DNA of 64,000 nt, from assembly GCF_964355755.1 (NCBI RefSeq), contig NC_092670.1:14308795-14372794 (forward strand), in the 5' to 3' direction. The translations under genes were made by a program, and so were the position numbers. Origin of the DNA: Antedon mediterranea. Its lineage: Eukaryota; Animalia; Echinodermata. Below are positions 1 to 10,836 of the stretch, one piece after another (the stretch's first letter is position 1; every line of letters begins with the position of its first letter). Below the pieces are notes generated by a model. The model was given only the letters and a program-made list of their open reading frames with translations, ran no database searches and was not told the DNA's origin.

Positions 1-109
1 ACACATTACCCTGGTGATGGCTTTGCAGCAACAATAACTCAAGTTACTTACACAGCAACTGATCCGTATGGAAACGAAGACATCTGTATATTTAATGTTA
101 CTGTAATCG
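1..109 (+). CDS. Gene 1 HYR exon (type A, copy 1, partial)
   Basis: Matches 3' half of exon 2085-2327; phase-1 donor G|gtaagt at 110. Confidence 0.85.
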
Positions 110-176
110 GTAAGTAATGTTTAAATGTATAACAAACATATATAATTAAAATTACCTTAGCAGTGCATGTAATTAA

Positions 177-490
177 AGATGTATTGTCCCCCTGAAAAAA
201 TAATTCTTAATTTTTTTTTTAATATTCCATTTTAATGTAACATAATAGTTATCCACATTGACCAAAAATTGGATCGAAAAACAATGTATTTACCTGAAAA
301 AATGTAATTTAAACCAAAAAAAAAGGTCAAATTGGCTGCCAGCCAATGGCTTTTTGGTTGAATTTAACCTTTTTTTTTTTGTTTTTTTTTCTATGGAAGT
401 GATTAATTTTTTTTAAACTACAAAATAACACATTCAAAGTCTGATTTAATCAATCTTCATTTTTCATGTTTTTGGGTGACAAATACATCT
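177..490. mobile_element. Non-autonomous DNA transposon (MITE), TTAA TSD, AG...CT termini (Kolobok-type)
   Basis: TTAA at 173-176 and 491-494; termini agatgtattgtcc / gacaaatacatct; paralogous introns (about 2390 and 4295) show the empty site gtaaTTAAccatg. Confidence 0.8.
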
Positions 491-572
491 TTAACCATGT
501 TTTATGCACATTGTACATATTAAACTCTTATTTCAAAATATGAATAATGTATTTTTTCAATTATTTATACAG

Positions 573-815
573 ATACAGAGTCTCCTACTTTAGACTGTGT
601 GTCCAATGTGACTGTTTACACTGATTTAAATTCAGCAACAGCTAATGTATCTTGGCGAATACCAGAAACAACAGACAACAGTGGGTTAGAACCTATATTA
701 ACCTCTAACTATGAACCCTATACACTGTTTGATATTGGAACAACTCTAGTAATGTACACATCAACAGATACATCAGATAATGGAGAAACTTGCACGTTTA
801 ATGTAACTGTAATTG
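573..815 (+). CDS. Gene 1 HYR exon B1
   Basis: ag|ATACAGAG...ATTG|gtaag, 243 nt, phase 1-1. Confidence 0.9.
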
Positions 816-910
816 GTAAGTTAACTTTATATGACAAAATACATTAACAAAAATACTAAAATATATAGAAAGTTAAAAGTTCCTTTGTGGTATTTATTAT
901 TTTATTGTAG

Positions 911-1159
911 ATAATGAAGATCCAGTATTTGATTGTCCTGACAACATTATGGTATATACAGATGAGTCACAATATTATTCAACTGTTTATTGGAATGTGT
1001 CAGTTACTGATAATTCAGGTAATGTTACGTATAATTGTACAAGTGAATCTGGTGACCAGTTTGATGCTGTTTGGCCAATAATACAACAAAACGTAAGCTG
1101 TATGACACAGGATCCATCAGGAAATGACGCATCTTGCTTTTTCACCGTAACGGTCGATG
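911..1159 (+). CDS. Gene 1 HYR exon C1
   Basis: ag|ATAATGAA...GATG|gtgag, 249 nt. Confidence 0.9.
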
Positions 1160-1453
1160 GTGAGTATATCATGATTGTGAAGATTGTCTTTTACAATTCA
1201 ATTCTACAATGTTAAATCAAAATACAAAGACAACAAATAATTGTTTTCAATATTAATCTATAAGTTTAGTAAAAAATGTTGTCACGGTGTATTTAGTTAG
1301 TGTTCTATAGATTTTACAAAATCTTGTTTTAGAAATATTATTACATTAATATTATTAACTTGTCACTCTGTTATTTACAGAGTAAGTATCAGTCAGCAAT
1401 AAATTGATTGGTTTAAAATTTGGGAATTGTCAATAATTCTGTTTTTCTTATAG

Positions 1454-1711
1454 ATAATGAGAATCCAAATATAACATGTCCCAGTGATTTCAATGTGACA
1501 ACAAACAATGGACAACCAACAGCTTGGATTCAATGGGATGTTGAATACACAGACAATACAGAATCTTTATATAATCTCAGCCTAACAGGATCAGGTTTAG
1601 ATTATAATCCATCTGGTGAAAACTTTCCTATTGGAACAACAACACTTAAGTATATAGTAACTGATGCATTTGGAAACACTGATAGCTGTACATTTGATGT
1701 CACTGTGCGAG
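1454..1711 (+). CDS. Gene 1 HYR exon D1
   Basis: ag|ATAATGAG...CGAG|gtgaa, 258 nt. Confidence 0.9.
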
Positions 1712-2084
1712 GTGAATACAAAATGATTTGGTTTTTAACTTTTCTTTCTTCTGATTATCCTATGTTATATCAGCCTGTTAATGTCTGCAATATTTCTAGA
1801 TGTTAATATTGTTGCATTTTTAACCCAAAAATAAATCTAAATTAAATCTAGATATCCCATAATAGTGATGATTTATTTTGAGAAATGTACACTGTTTAGG
1901 CTTTCAAAAAAAGAAAACTGGAAAATTGCTGAACTTGAGTATAAATTATTTTAATAAATTGTCTCGGCACAAATATAAAATCTGTAACAACATCATGGAA
2001 ACTTGAAATTAATTATTTAATTCCAAACTATGTAAAATAGTGTATTTGATGAAATTGTATTTTTCTTTTATTCTTAATGAACAG

Positions 2085-2327
2085 ACGAAGAAGCTCCATA
2101 TATAGCTGGTTGTCCAATGGACATTGTTTTGAACACTACAAGTATGTTATCACATGCTAATGCTACTTGGATGACTCCAAATGCTACAGATAATTCAGGC
2201 AATGTTACATTAGTCTCTACACATAACCCTGGTGATGGCTTTGCTGCAACAATAACTCAGGTTACTTACACAGCAACTGATCCGTATGGAAACGAAGATA
2301 TCTGTACATTTAATGTTACTGTAATCG
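2085..2327 (+). CDS. Gene 1 HYR exon A2
   Basis: ag|ACGAAGAA...ATCG|gtaag, 243 nt. Confidence 0.9.
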
Positions 2328-2473
2328 GTAAGTAATGTTTAAATGTATAACAAACAGATATACTTAAAATTACCTTAGCAGTGCATGTAATTAACCATGT
2401 TTTATGCACACTGTACATATTAACCCCTTATTTCAAAATATGAATAATGTATTTTTTTCAATTATTTACACAG

Positions 2474-2716
2474 ATACAGAGTCTCCTACTTTGGACTGTG
2501 TGTCCAATGTGACTGTGTACACTGATTTAAATTCAGCAACAGCTAACGTATCTTGGCCAATACCAGAAACAACAGACAACAGTGGGTTAGACCCTACATT
2601 AACCTCTAACTATGAACCCTATACACTGTTTGATATTGGAACAACTCTAGTAATGTACACATCAACAGATACATCAGATAATGGCGAAACTTGCACGTTT
2701 AATGTAACTGTTATTG
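2474..2716 (+). CDS. Gene 1 HYR exon B2
   Basis: Phase 1-1, 243 nt, copy of B1. Confidence 0.9.
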
Positions 2717-2812
2717 GTAAGTTTACTTTTATATGACAAAATACATTAACACAAATACTAAAATATATAGAAAGTTAAAAGTTCCTTTGTGGTATTTATT
2801 ATTTTATTGTAG

Positions 2813-3061
2813 ATAATGAAGATCCAGTATTTGATTGTCCTGACAACATTATGGTATATACAGATGAGTCACAATATTATTCAACTGTGTATTGGAATGT
2901 GTCAGTTACTGATAATTCAGGTAATGTTACATATAATTGTACAAGTGAATCTGGTGACCAGTTTGATGCTGTTTGGCCAATAATACAACAAAACGTAAGC
3001 TGTATGACACAGGATCCATCAGGAAATGACGCATCTTGCTTTTTCACCGTAACGGTCGATG
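2813..3061 (+). CDS. Gene 1 HYR exon C2
   Basis: Phase 1-1, 249 nt, copy of C1. Confidence 0.9.
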
Positions 3062-3355
3062 GTGAGTATATCATGATTGTGAAGATTGTCTTTTACAATT
3101 CAATTCTACAATGTTAAATCAAAATACAAAGACAACAAATAATTGTTTTCAATATTAATCTATAAGTTTAGTAAAAAATGTTGTCACGGTGTATTTAGTT
3201 AGTGTTCTATAGATTTTACAAAATCTTGTTTTAGAAATATTATTACATTAATATTATTAACTTGTCACTCTGTTATTTACAGAGTAAGTATCAGTCAGCA
3301 ATAAATTGATTGGTTTACAATTTGGGAATTGTCAATAATTCTGTTTTTCTTATAG

Positions 3356-3613
3356 ATAATGAGAATCCAAATATAACATGTCCCAGTGATTTCAATGTGA
3401 CAACAAACAATGGACAACCAACAGCTTGGATTCAATGGGATGTTGAATACACAGACAACACAGAATCTTTATATAATCTCAGCCTAACAGGATCAGGTTT
3501 AGATTATAATCCATCTGGTGAAAACTTTCCTATTGGAACAACAACACTTAAGTATATAGTAACTGATGCATTTGGAAACACTGATAGCTGTACATTTGAT
3601 GTCACTGTGCGAG
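3356..3613 (+). CDS. Gene 1 HYR exon D2
   Basis: Phase 1-1, 258 nt, copy of D1. Confidence 0.9.
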
Positions 3614-3990
3614 GTTAATACAAAATGATTTGGTTTTCAACTTTTATTTCTTCTGATTATCCTATGCTTAACATATCAGCCTGTTAATGTCTGCAATATT
3701 TCTAAATGTTAATATTGTTGCATTTTTAACCCAAAAATAAATCTAAATTAAATCTAGATATCCCATAATAGTGATGATTTATTTTGAGAAATGTACACTG
3801 TTTAGGTTTTCAAAAAAAGAAAACTGGAAAATTGTTGAACTTGAGTATAAATTATTTTAATAAATTGTCTCAGCACAAATATAAAATCTGTAACAACATC
3901 AGGGAAACTTGAAACTAATTATTTAATTCCAAACTATGTAAAATAGTGTATTTGATGAAATTGTTTTTTTCTTTTATTCTTAATGAACAG

Positions 3991-4233
3991 ACGAAGAAGC
4001 TCCATATATAGCTGGTTGTCCAATGGACATTGTTTTGAACACTACAAGTATGTTATCACATGCTAATGCTACTTGGATGACTCCAAATGCTACAGATAAT
4101 TCAGGCAATGTTACCTTAGTCGCTACACATTACCCTGGTGATGGCTTTGCAGCAACAATAACTCAGGTTACTTACACAGCAACTGATCCGTATGGAAACA
4201 AAGAAATCTGTACATTCAATGTTACTGTAATCG
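3991..4233 (+). CDS. Gene 1 HYR exon A3
   Basis: Phase 1-1, 243 nt. Confidence 0.9.
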
Positions 4234-4377
4234 GTAAGTAATGTTTAAATGTATAACAAACATATACTTAAAATTACCTTAGCAGTGCATGTAATTAACC
4301 ATGTTTTATGCACACTGTACATATTAACCCCTTATTTCAAAATATGAATAATTGTATTTTTTCAATTATTTACACAG

Positions 4378-4620
4378 ATACAGAGTCTCCTACTTTGGAC
4401 TGTGTGTCCAATGTGACTGTGTACACTGATTTAAATTCAGCAACAGCTAACGTATCTTGGCCAATACCAGAAACAACAGACAACAGTGGGTTAGAACCTA
4501 CATTAACCTCTAACTATGAACCATATACACTGTTTGATATTGGAACAACTCTAGTAATGTACACATCAACAGATACATCAGATAATGAAGAAACTTGCAC
4601 GTTTAATGTAACTGTAATTG
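4378..4620 (+). CDS. Gene 1 HYR exon B3
   Basis: Phase 1-1, 243 nt. Confidence 0.9.
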
Positions 4621-4715
4621 GTAAGTTAACTTTATATGACAAAATACATTAACAAAAATACTAAAATATATAGAAAGTTAAAAGTTCCTTTGTGGTATTT
4701 CTTATTTTATTGTAG

Positions 4716-4964
4716 ATAATGAAGATCCAGTATTTGATTGTCCTGACAACATTATGGTATATACAGATGAGTCACAATATTATTCCACTGTGTATTGGAA
4801 TGTGTCAGTTACTGATAATTCAGGAAATTTTACTTATAATTGTACAAGTGAATCTGGTAACCAGTTTGATGCTGTTTGGCCAATTATACAACAAAATGTA
4901 AGCTGTATGGCACAGGATCCATCTGAAAATGACGCATCTTGCTTTTTCACCGTAACAGTTGACG
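4716..4964 (+). CDS. Gene 1 HYR exon C3
   Basis: Phase 1-1, 249 nt. Confidence 0.9.
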
Positions 4965-5077
4965 GTGAGTATATCATGATTGTGAAGAGTATCTAACACA
5001 CAAATATGTTTTTACAATTAAAGTCTACAATGCTAAATCAAAACACAAAGACAATAAATAATTGTTTTAAATATTAA

Positions 5078-5594
5078 AGATGTATTGTCCCTTTGACTAA
5101 TCCAAAAAAAAAAAAAAATATTTCGAAAAAAAGTCGGTCATTTTGAAGTATCATAATAGTTATTAACTTTCACCAAAAATTAGTCGGAAAAAAAAATATA
5201 TAAAAAATATAGACGTTTTTTTGTTCCAAAAATAACTTTGACTTCCAGTCAAAGTTTTCGATCAAAACATATCTCATAATGCAACGCTCTTGTTTGGCTA
5301 CTCTGTATGCATAATCATAAAACTTCCTCACGATCTGTGTGAAAACACCTTCTCAACTGTGACGAATTGTAAACAATCCTAATTAGCATCATGCATAATG
5401 CATACTCGTGGTTTGAAATCTTTGTTTACTTTCGCTCGCGACGATTTTCCAGACGAAATATAATCAAATTTATTTACCTGTTAATTACGTAAACTTGTTG
5501 TTTTTGGCTCAACTTTAATATTACTTTGATATGGCCAATTTAAATTTAGAATATATTTTTTTTCATTTTTTGTGTTTCAAGGGACAATACATCT
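5078..5594. mobile_element. Second TTAA MITE with the same TIR (Kolobok-type)
   Basis: TTAA 5074-5077 and 5595-5598; TIR agatgtattgtccc / gggacaatacatct; empty site aataTTAAtctataag in copies 1 and 2. Confidence 0.85.
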
Positions 5595-5765
5595 TTAACC
5601 TATAAGTTCAGTAAAAATGTTATCATGGTATATTTAATTATTGTTGTATATATTTTACAAAATCTTATCTTAAAAATGTTATTAAATTGATATTATTAGA
5701 TTGTCACTGTCAATAAATTGATTTGTTTAAAATATAGGTTGTCAATAATTCTGTTTTTCTTATAG

Positions 5766-6023
5766 ATAATGAGAATCCAAATATAACTTGTCCCAGTGAC
5801 TTCAATGTTACAACAAGCAATGGAAAACCAACAGCTTGGATTCGATGGGATGTTGAATACACAGACAACACAGAATCTTTATATGATCTCAGTCTAACAG
5901 GATCAGGTTCAAGTTATAATCAATCTGGTGATAACTTTCCCATTGGAACAACAACACTGAAGTATATAGTAACTGATGCATTTGGAAACATTGATAGCTG
6001 CACATTTGATGTCATTGTACGAG
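5766..6023 (+). CDS. Gene 1 HYR exon D3 (more diverged copy; absent from ORF track)
   Basis: ag|ATAATGAG...CGAG|gtgaa, 258 nt, open frame. Confidence 0.88.
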
Positions 6024-6980
6024 GTGAATCCAAAATGAGTTTATTATATTTTTTTTGTAACTTTTATAACCATTTTATTATTCAGGAAGCTTTGTTGTGT
6101 AATCATACACACTGTTTACTGCATTGACTGCTTCAAAAACTTCAACATTGAACACAAAAGATATATCCTACATTTTAGCAGTAAAAAATATAGTTTAATT
6201 CAATTCAATAAACTTTATTGTCAAACTCATGAATGGCTTGAAACTTTGGCTGAAAGTACACAAATTAAAATTGTCTAAAAACATTGTCGCACAAACAGTA
6301 ATAAAAAGTATAAAATCACATAAAACTGAGAACAAGATGGTATATAAAATAGTTAAAAGAGGACATAAAAAGTATAAATCGAGGTAAAAGTACAGCTAAA
6401 ATACTTATAGCGGTTATCGTTTCCACATTAAATTAAAATGCCTCATAGCAGATGGGAGAAAGGATCTACGTAGACGTTCAGTGTTCCAGCGAGGATATGT
6501 AATGCGCCCAGACCGGCTTAACGTAGTGTACTAGTTAAGGGGGTGGCTAACATCTGACATAATAACTTTAAGTTTATTTATAAGTGCGTTGTTAACAACT
6601 TCATCTGATTTCTTAATATCGTTTCCTATTATCTTTTTGGCAGATTTACTTTTATTCTTTGTCTTTCATGCTGGTTTAAATTGTTGAACCAAACTATTGC
6701 ATTAAAACTTAAAACAGATAAAATAAAAGATTCATAAAATAAACTCAAGATCCTATTGCACACATGAAATTTCTTCAATCTTCTCAGAAGGTACAGTCGT
6801 TTATAACAATTTGTGATAACTAACTTAGTTAGTGTTTTCCTTCCAATTAAGTTTATCATCGATTACTGTGCCTAGATACTTAAAGTTACTAACAACTTCC
6901 ACTTCATTGTTTAATATACATAACTTATCATGTAATAATATAAGTAGTTCTTTGATAGTAAACCAATAAAACTTACGTTG

Positions 6981-7024
6981 GCAAGACAGTTTCGTCTAGC
7001 TGTCAGCTTGACTTCTTCAGTTGC
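6981..7024 (-). ncRNA. Minimal type I hammerhead ribozyme motif (Penelope pLTR, left arm)
   Basis: Minus strand reads GCAA-CUGAAGA-A-GUC.AGCU gac AGCU.GAC-GAAA-CU-GUC-UUGC. Confidence 0.7.
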
Positions 7025-7033
7025 TATGATGCG

Positions 7034-7852
7034 TTATGGCGCCGATTGGTCTCCTTTCCAGCCACTAGATGATTTTGTTGTGTAGCCTAGGGGACCAGTC
7101 GTCGTCAGAAGCTGATCGTAAATGTGAGATAGTTGGTGCGCGCCTTCGTCTCTATTCATCTTTGTATTTTTATTTTGCTTTCTTATGCTGATGCTTTCTT
7201 TAATTTTACGTTTAAGCCAAACTTGTTCTTTGTGTAGTACCTCTATCTTATCCCAGTTAGGTATGTGGTTGTGTGTGGTCATATGGTCCGTGATTGCTGA
7301 TTTATGTAAAATGGAGGACGAAACTTTCCGTGATGCACGCGTCTGCATGTTCTGTGTGTTTTCCTCAACATCTTTCTTGTGCTCTTTAATTCTGGTTTTG
7401 AGTGCCCTACCCGTTTCCCCAATGTACACCATCTCACAGTTGGTGCACCCCACTTTGTAGACGACACCACAGGAATCCTCTTTGCATGCTTTATCTTTCG
7501 GTCGGACGATTAAGTTTTTAATTTTGTTAGATGGTTTAAAGTATGTTCGTATGTTATATTTTTTAAATGTTCTCTTGATTTTCTCTGACAGGCCTTGAAT
7601 ATATGGGATGGATATCGACCCTCTTATATCTTCTGTTTCGGGTTGTTTGTCCGTTTTTTGTTTATCTAGGTTACGTTGTACCTTTCTAATCGTCCATGTA
7701 GGGTAGTTGCATTGTTTAAGTGAAGTATGTATCATCTCAGTTTTGTTCTGTTTGTCTGGATTATTTGTGATTATCGTGTTACATCTGTGTAGAAGTGTGC
7801 GGATAACGGATAACTTGTGTTGTAGAGGATGATGTGAGTTAAAGTCCAAGTA
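7034..7852 (-). CDS. Penelope ORF C-terminal fragment: RT thumb + GIY-YIG endonuclease (left arm)
   Basis: YLDFNSHHPLQHK...; GVVYKVGC..C...YIGETGR.L..R..EH; SAI.DH; R.IKESI.I; MNRDEG. Confidence 0.85.
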   Translation of the reverse strand, partial: YLDFNSHHPLQHKLSVIRTLLHRCNTIITNNPDKQNKTEMIHTSLKQCNYPTWTIRKVQRNLDKQKTDKQPETEDIRGSISIPYIQGLSEKIKRTFKKYNIRTYFKPSNKIKNLIVRPKDKACKEDSCGVVYKVGCTNCEMVYIGETGRALKTRIKEHKKDVEENTQNMQTRASRKVSSSILHKSAITDHMTTHNHIPNWDKIEVLHKEQVWLKRKIKESISIRKQNKNTKMNRDEGAHQLSHIYDQLLTTTGPLGYTTKSSSGWKGDQSAP

Positions 7853-8662
7853 TTTAACTCACATCATCCTCTACAACACAAGTTATCCGTTATCCGCACA
7901 CTTCTACACAGATGTAACACGATAATCACAAATAATCCAGACAAACAGAACGAAACTGAGATGATACATACTTCACTTAAACAATGCAACTACCCTACAT
8001 GGACGATTAGAAAGGTACAACGTAACCTAGATAAACAAAAAACGGACAAACAACCCGAAACAGAAGATATAAGAGGGTCGATATCCATCCCATTTATTCA
8101 AGGCCTGTCAGAGAAAATCAAGAGAACATTTAAAAAATATAACATACGAACATACTTTAAACCATCTAACAAAATTAAAAACTTAATCGTCCGACCGAAA
8201 GATAAAGCATGCAAAGAGGATTCCTGTGGTGTCGTCTACAAAGTGGGGTGCACCAACTGTGAGATGGTGTACATTGGGGAAACGGGTAGGGCACTCAAAA
8301 CCAGAATTAAAGAGCACAAGAAAGATGTTGAGGAAAACACACAGAACATGCAGACGCGTGCATCACGGAAAGTTTCGTCCTCCATTTTACATAAATCAGC
8401 AATCACGGACCATATGACCACACACAACCACATACCTAACTGGGATAAGATAGAGGTACTACACAAAGAACAAGTTTGGCTTAAACGTAAAATTAAAGAA
8501 AGCATCTGCATAAGAAAGCAAAATAAAAATACAAAGATGAATAGAGACGAAGGCGCGCACCAACTATCTCACATTTACGATCAGCTTCTGACGACGACTG
8601 GTCCCCTAGGCTACACAACAAAATCATCTAGTGGCTGGAAAGGAGACCAATCGGCGCCATAA
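7853..8662 (+). CDS. Penelope ORF C-terminal fragment: RT thumb + GIY-YIG endonuclease (right arm)
   Basis: Near-identical to left arm; differences seen K/E, Y/F, S/C. Confidence 0.85.
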   Translation, partial: FNSHHPLQHKLSVIRTLLHRCNTIITNNPDKQNETEMIHTSLKQCNYPTWTIRKVQRNLDKQKTDKQPETEDIRGSISIPFIQGLSEKIKRTFKKYNIRTYFKPSNKIKNLIVRPKDKACKEDSCGVVYKVGCTNCEMVYIGETGRALKTRIKEHKKDVEENTQNMQTRASRKVSSSILHKSAITDHMTTHNHIPNWDKIEVLHKEQVWLKRKIKESICIRKQNKNTKMNRDEGAHQLSHIYDQLLTTTGPLGYTTKSSSGWKGDQSAP

Positions 8663-8671
8663 CGCATCATA

Positions 8672-8719
8672 GCAACTGAAGAAGTCAAGCTGACAGCCAG
8701 CTAGACGAAACTGTCTTGC
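8672..8719 (+). ncRNA. Minimal type I hammerhead ribozyme motif (Penelope pLTR, right arm)
   Basis: Stem I GCAA/UUGC; core CUGAAGA 8676-8682; stem II GUC.AGCUG/CAGCU.GAC; GAAA 8707-8710; GUC 8713-8715. Confidence 0.72.
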
Positions 8720-9533
8720 CAACGTAAGTTTTATTGGTTTACTATCAAAGAACTACTTATATTATTATACGAATCGAAACCAGAAGAAATGTTTTCATAA
8801 CTTATCATGTGTTTTGTTACCTTTTCTAAAAGTAATGAACATTTCTTTAGTCTTGTTAACATTTAATTTTAGATAGTTATTAGAACACCAAGTAGAAAAA
8901 TAACTAGACCGGTGTCATCAGCGTATTTCACAGTAAAGCATTTGGTTAAACCTAGATCATCTGAACATTTAAAATCATTTGTATATAAAGAGAATAAAAT
9001 AGGAGATAAAACACAACCTTGTGGTGCACCAGTATTGCACATAAGTTGCATAGACGAATTTTTCCCTATCTTTTAAAAAATCATTGATCCATAAAATAGT
9101 AGCTGGATTTATATCCAAGACATACATTTTCTCCATTAAAATATGAGGTTGCAAAGTGTTAAAAGCGGATGAAAAATCCAAGAATAAAACTCTAGCATAC
9201 AAATTGTTATGTAATAAAGTTGTAACTGTATCTTCTACCCCCCTTTTGGAACGGTAGGCAAATTGACAGGGATCCAAAAGACTCTCAGTCTCACTTAAAA
9301 TCTCATTCTTAATTAATTTTTCAAAACATTTCATAGGTACAGCAGTTATGGCAATGGACGTCCTATAGTCATTTAGAGCTTCAGGTTTATTATTCTTTGA
9401 CAAGGGGTGAATTGATGATTTTTTACAGATTCTAGTTAGTGCAGTAACTTCAGTAAAACAATTTTACATGGTCCCTTATTATATGATAGTAGGTTTTCTA
9501 ATAATTGTAGTTACGTTTTGTTTGCTTATCTAG

Positions 9534-9776
9534 ATACTGAAGCGCCAATGTTAACTTGTCCAGATGACATTGTAAACACGACTGTGATTGGTGAGGAGTA
9601 CGGTATTGCCAATTGGGTGGAGCCAGAAATTACAGACAACTCCGGCATTATTTACCTCAACATGTCAAATTTCATTTCTGGTGATCAATTCTACCCAGGC
9701 AACACAACTGTTTATTATTATGCTGAGGATCCATCTGGAAACTATGTTAACTGTAGCTTTATTGTCACAATTGATG
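9534..9776 (+). CDS. Gene 1 HYR exon
   Basis: DTEAPMLTCPDD...CSFIVTID, phase 1-1, 243 nt. Confidence 0.9.
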
Positions 9777-10180
9777 GTAAGGTTTTAAAATATCTACAAC
9801 ATTAGACACATTGTTGATATAATCCTTAAATGTCACTTAAAATACTGTAGAGAACACCCATGTAGGGCACACCTTCAGGACAAATTCTCTTGAATAGGGG
9901 TTGTAGCATTACAATGTCCCCTTGTTTGTTGCTGAATGTTGGTGTGCCAGAAGAAGGCTCTACTGTTTTATAGTACAGATAACATTAACATTATATATAG
10001 CACACCTTTCTATGATATACTGTCACAGCATTGTTTAAACGGATTATTGTCATCACAATTTTGAATGATACTCAGCAAATTCTTCCAGATTCTTGGTTCT
10101 GCTACGTAAAATGCGTGGTCAGCAAATTGTTATTTGTCTGCTTGAACTGCCAGCTACAATAACAATCTATTTTATTTGAG

Positions 10181-10423
10181 TGGAGATGTGGCTTGGTGGT
10201 TATGGTGCTTGGCTACCACTCCAAGGGTCCTGGGTTCAAATCCCATCACATGTCAGGATTTTTTCTAAGGACAAAATTACAACTTCACTCCCAAAGACTT
10301 TGTTTATGTAGAGCATCTTGTGTATATGTTTGTCTTGTGAACCTCTGAGGGTCCCTAATGATCAGCTGTTGCTGGATGGATCATCCTCATTAAATATGGT
10401 TTGAATGAATGAAATGAATGAAT
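10181..10423 (+). mobile_element. tRNA-derived SINE
   Basis: A box TGGCTTGGTGG 10189-10199, B box GGTTCAAATCC 10233-10243, (TGAA)n tail. Confidence 0.7.
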
Positions 10424-10596
10424 AGATGCACAGCGTATTATTTGGAAAGACATTTTAAGAATAATTTCTCAATCAGCGTAGGTTTATATCTTTCCATAGG
10501 TTATATTGAGATCAAACAATCCTTATACCTTATTATTATCATTCAATTTGAAGGTTGAATATGACATTTTAAAATATGTTTTTTTTTTGCTCCTAG

Positions 10597-10836
10597 ATTT
10601 CCAGATACCAATCTTTGACCCATGTCCTGCTAATATTGATGTGAACACAGATCCAACGCTTCCGTATGCTGTAGTCAATTGGACCATTGCTGTAGATGAT
10701 AACGTCGGTATTGTTACACTAGAAAGCAACTATTACCCTCTTGATAAATTTAATATTACAGTTACGGAAGTAATATATGTTGCAACAGACACTGACAACA
10801 ATCAAGCAGAGTGTAAATTTAATATTACAGTTACAG
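10597..10836 (+). CDS. Gene 1 HYR exon
   Basis: DFQIPIFDPCPA...CKFNITVT, 240 nt. Confidence 0.9.

Larger units (their letters stand above)
1..6023 (+). repeat. Tandem array of a ~1.9-kb four-exon (A-B-C-D) HYR cassette, three copies visible
   Basis: Exon B starts at 573, 2474 and 4378 (periods 1901 and 1904); exons and introns nearly identical between copies. Confidence 0.95.
6934..8795. mobile_element. Penelope-like retroelement: two 5'-truncated copies head-to-head (palindrome), 15-bp TSD
   Basis: TSD cataacttatcatgt at 6919-6933 and 8796-8810; arms about 6933-7843 and 7853-8767 are reverse complements around a 9-nt spacer; each arm encodes RT thumb plus GIY-YIG endonuclease. Confidence 0.92.
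6195..9435 (-). mobile_element. 5'-truncated, degraded non-LTR retrotransposon (Rex1/Babar-like RT), interrupted by a Penelope insertion
   Basis: Minus-strand peptides LNDYR..AIT...MKCFE, DPCQFAYR, DFSSAFNT, GAPQGCVLSP, KYADD, FKYLG, RLYLLRRLKKF and RSGR...R.RRSFLPSA; frameshifts; AATAAA plus (TTGAA)n tail near 6195-6220. Clade assignment is from motif recall. Confidence 0.8.

Noticed and set aside
1-6023. CRISPR-like or diversity-generating cassette array
   Set aside because: Repeats are kb-scale exon-intron units without short repeat-spacer structure; the nearby RT and nuclease are ordinary eukaryotic retroelement fragments.
7034-8662. Stand-alone GIY-YIG genes or a toxin/defence pair
   Set aside because: Both are 5'-truncated Penelope ORF ends that include the RT thumb and lie inside one TSD.
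10181-10250. tRNA gene
   Set aside because: Has A and B boxes but no convincing acceptor stem, and continues into a body and (TGAA)n tail, so SINE is more likely.
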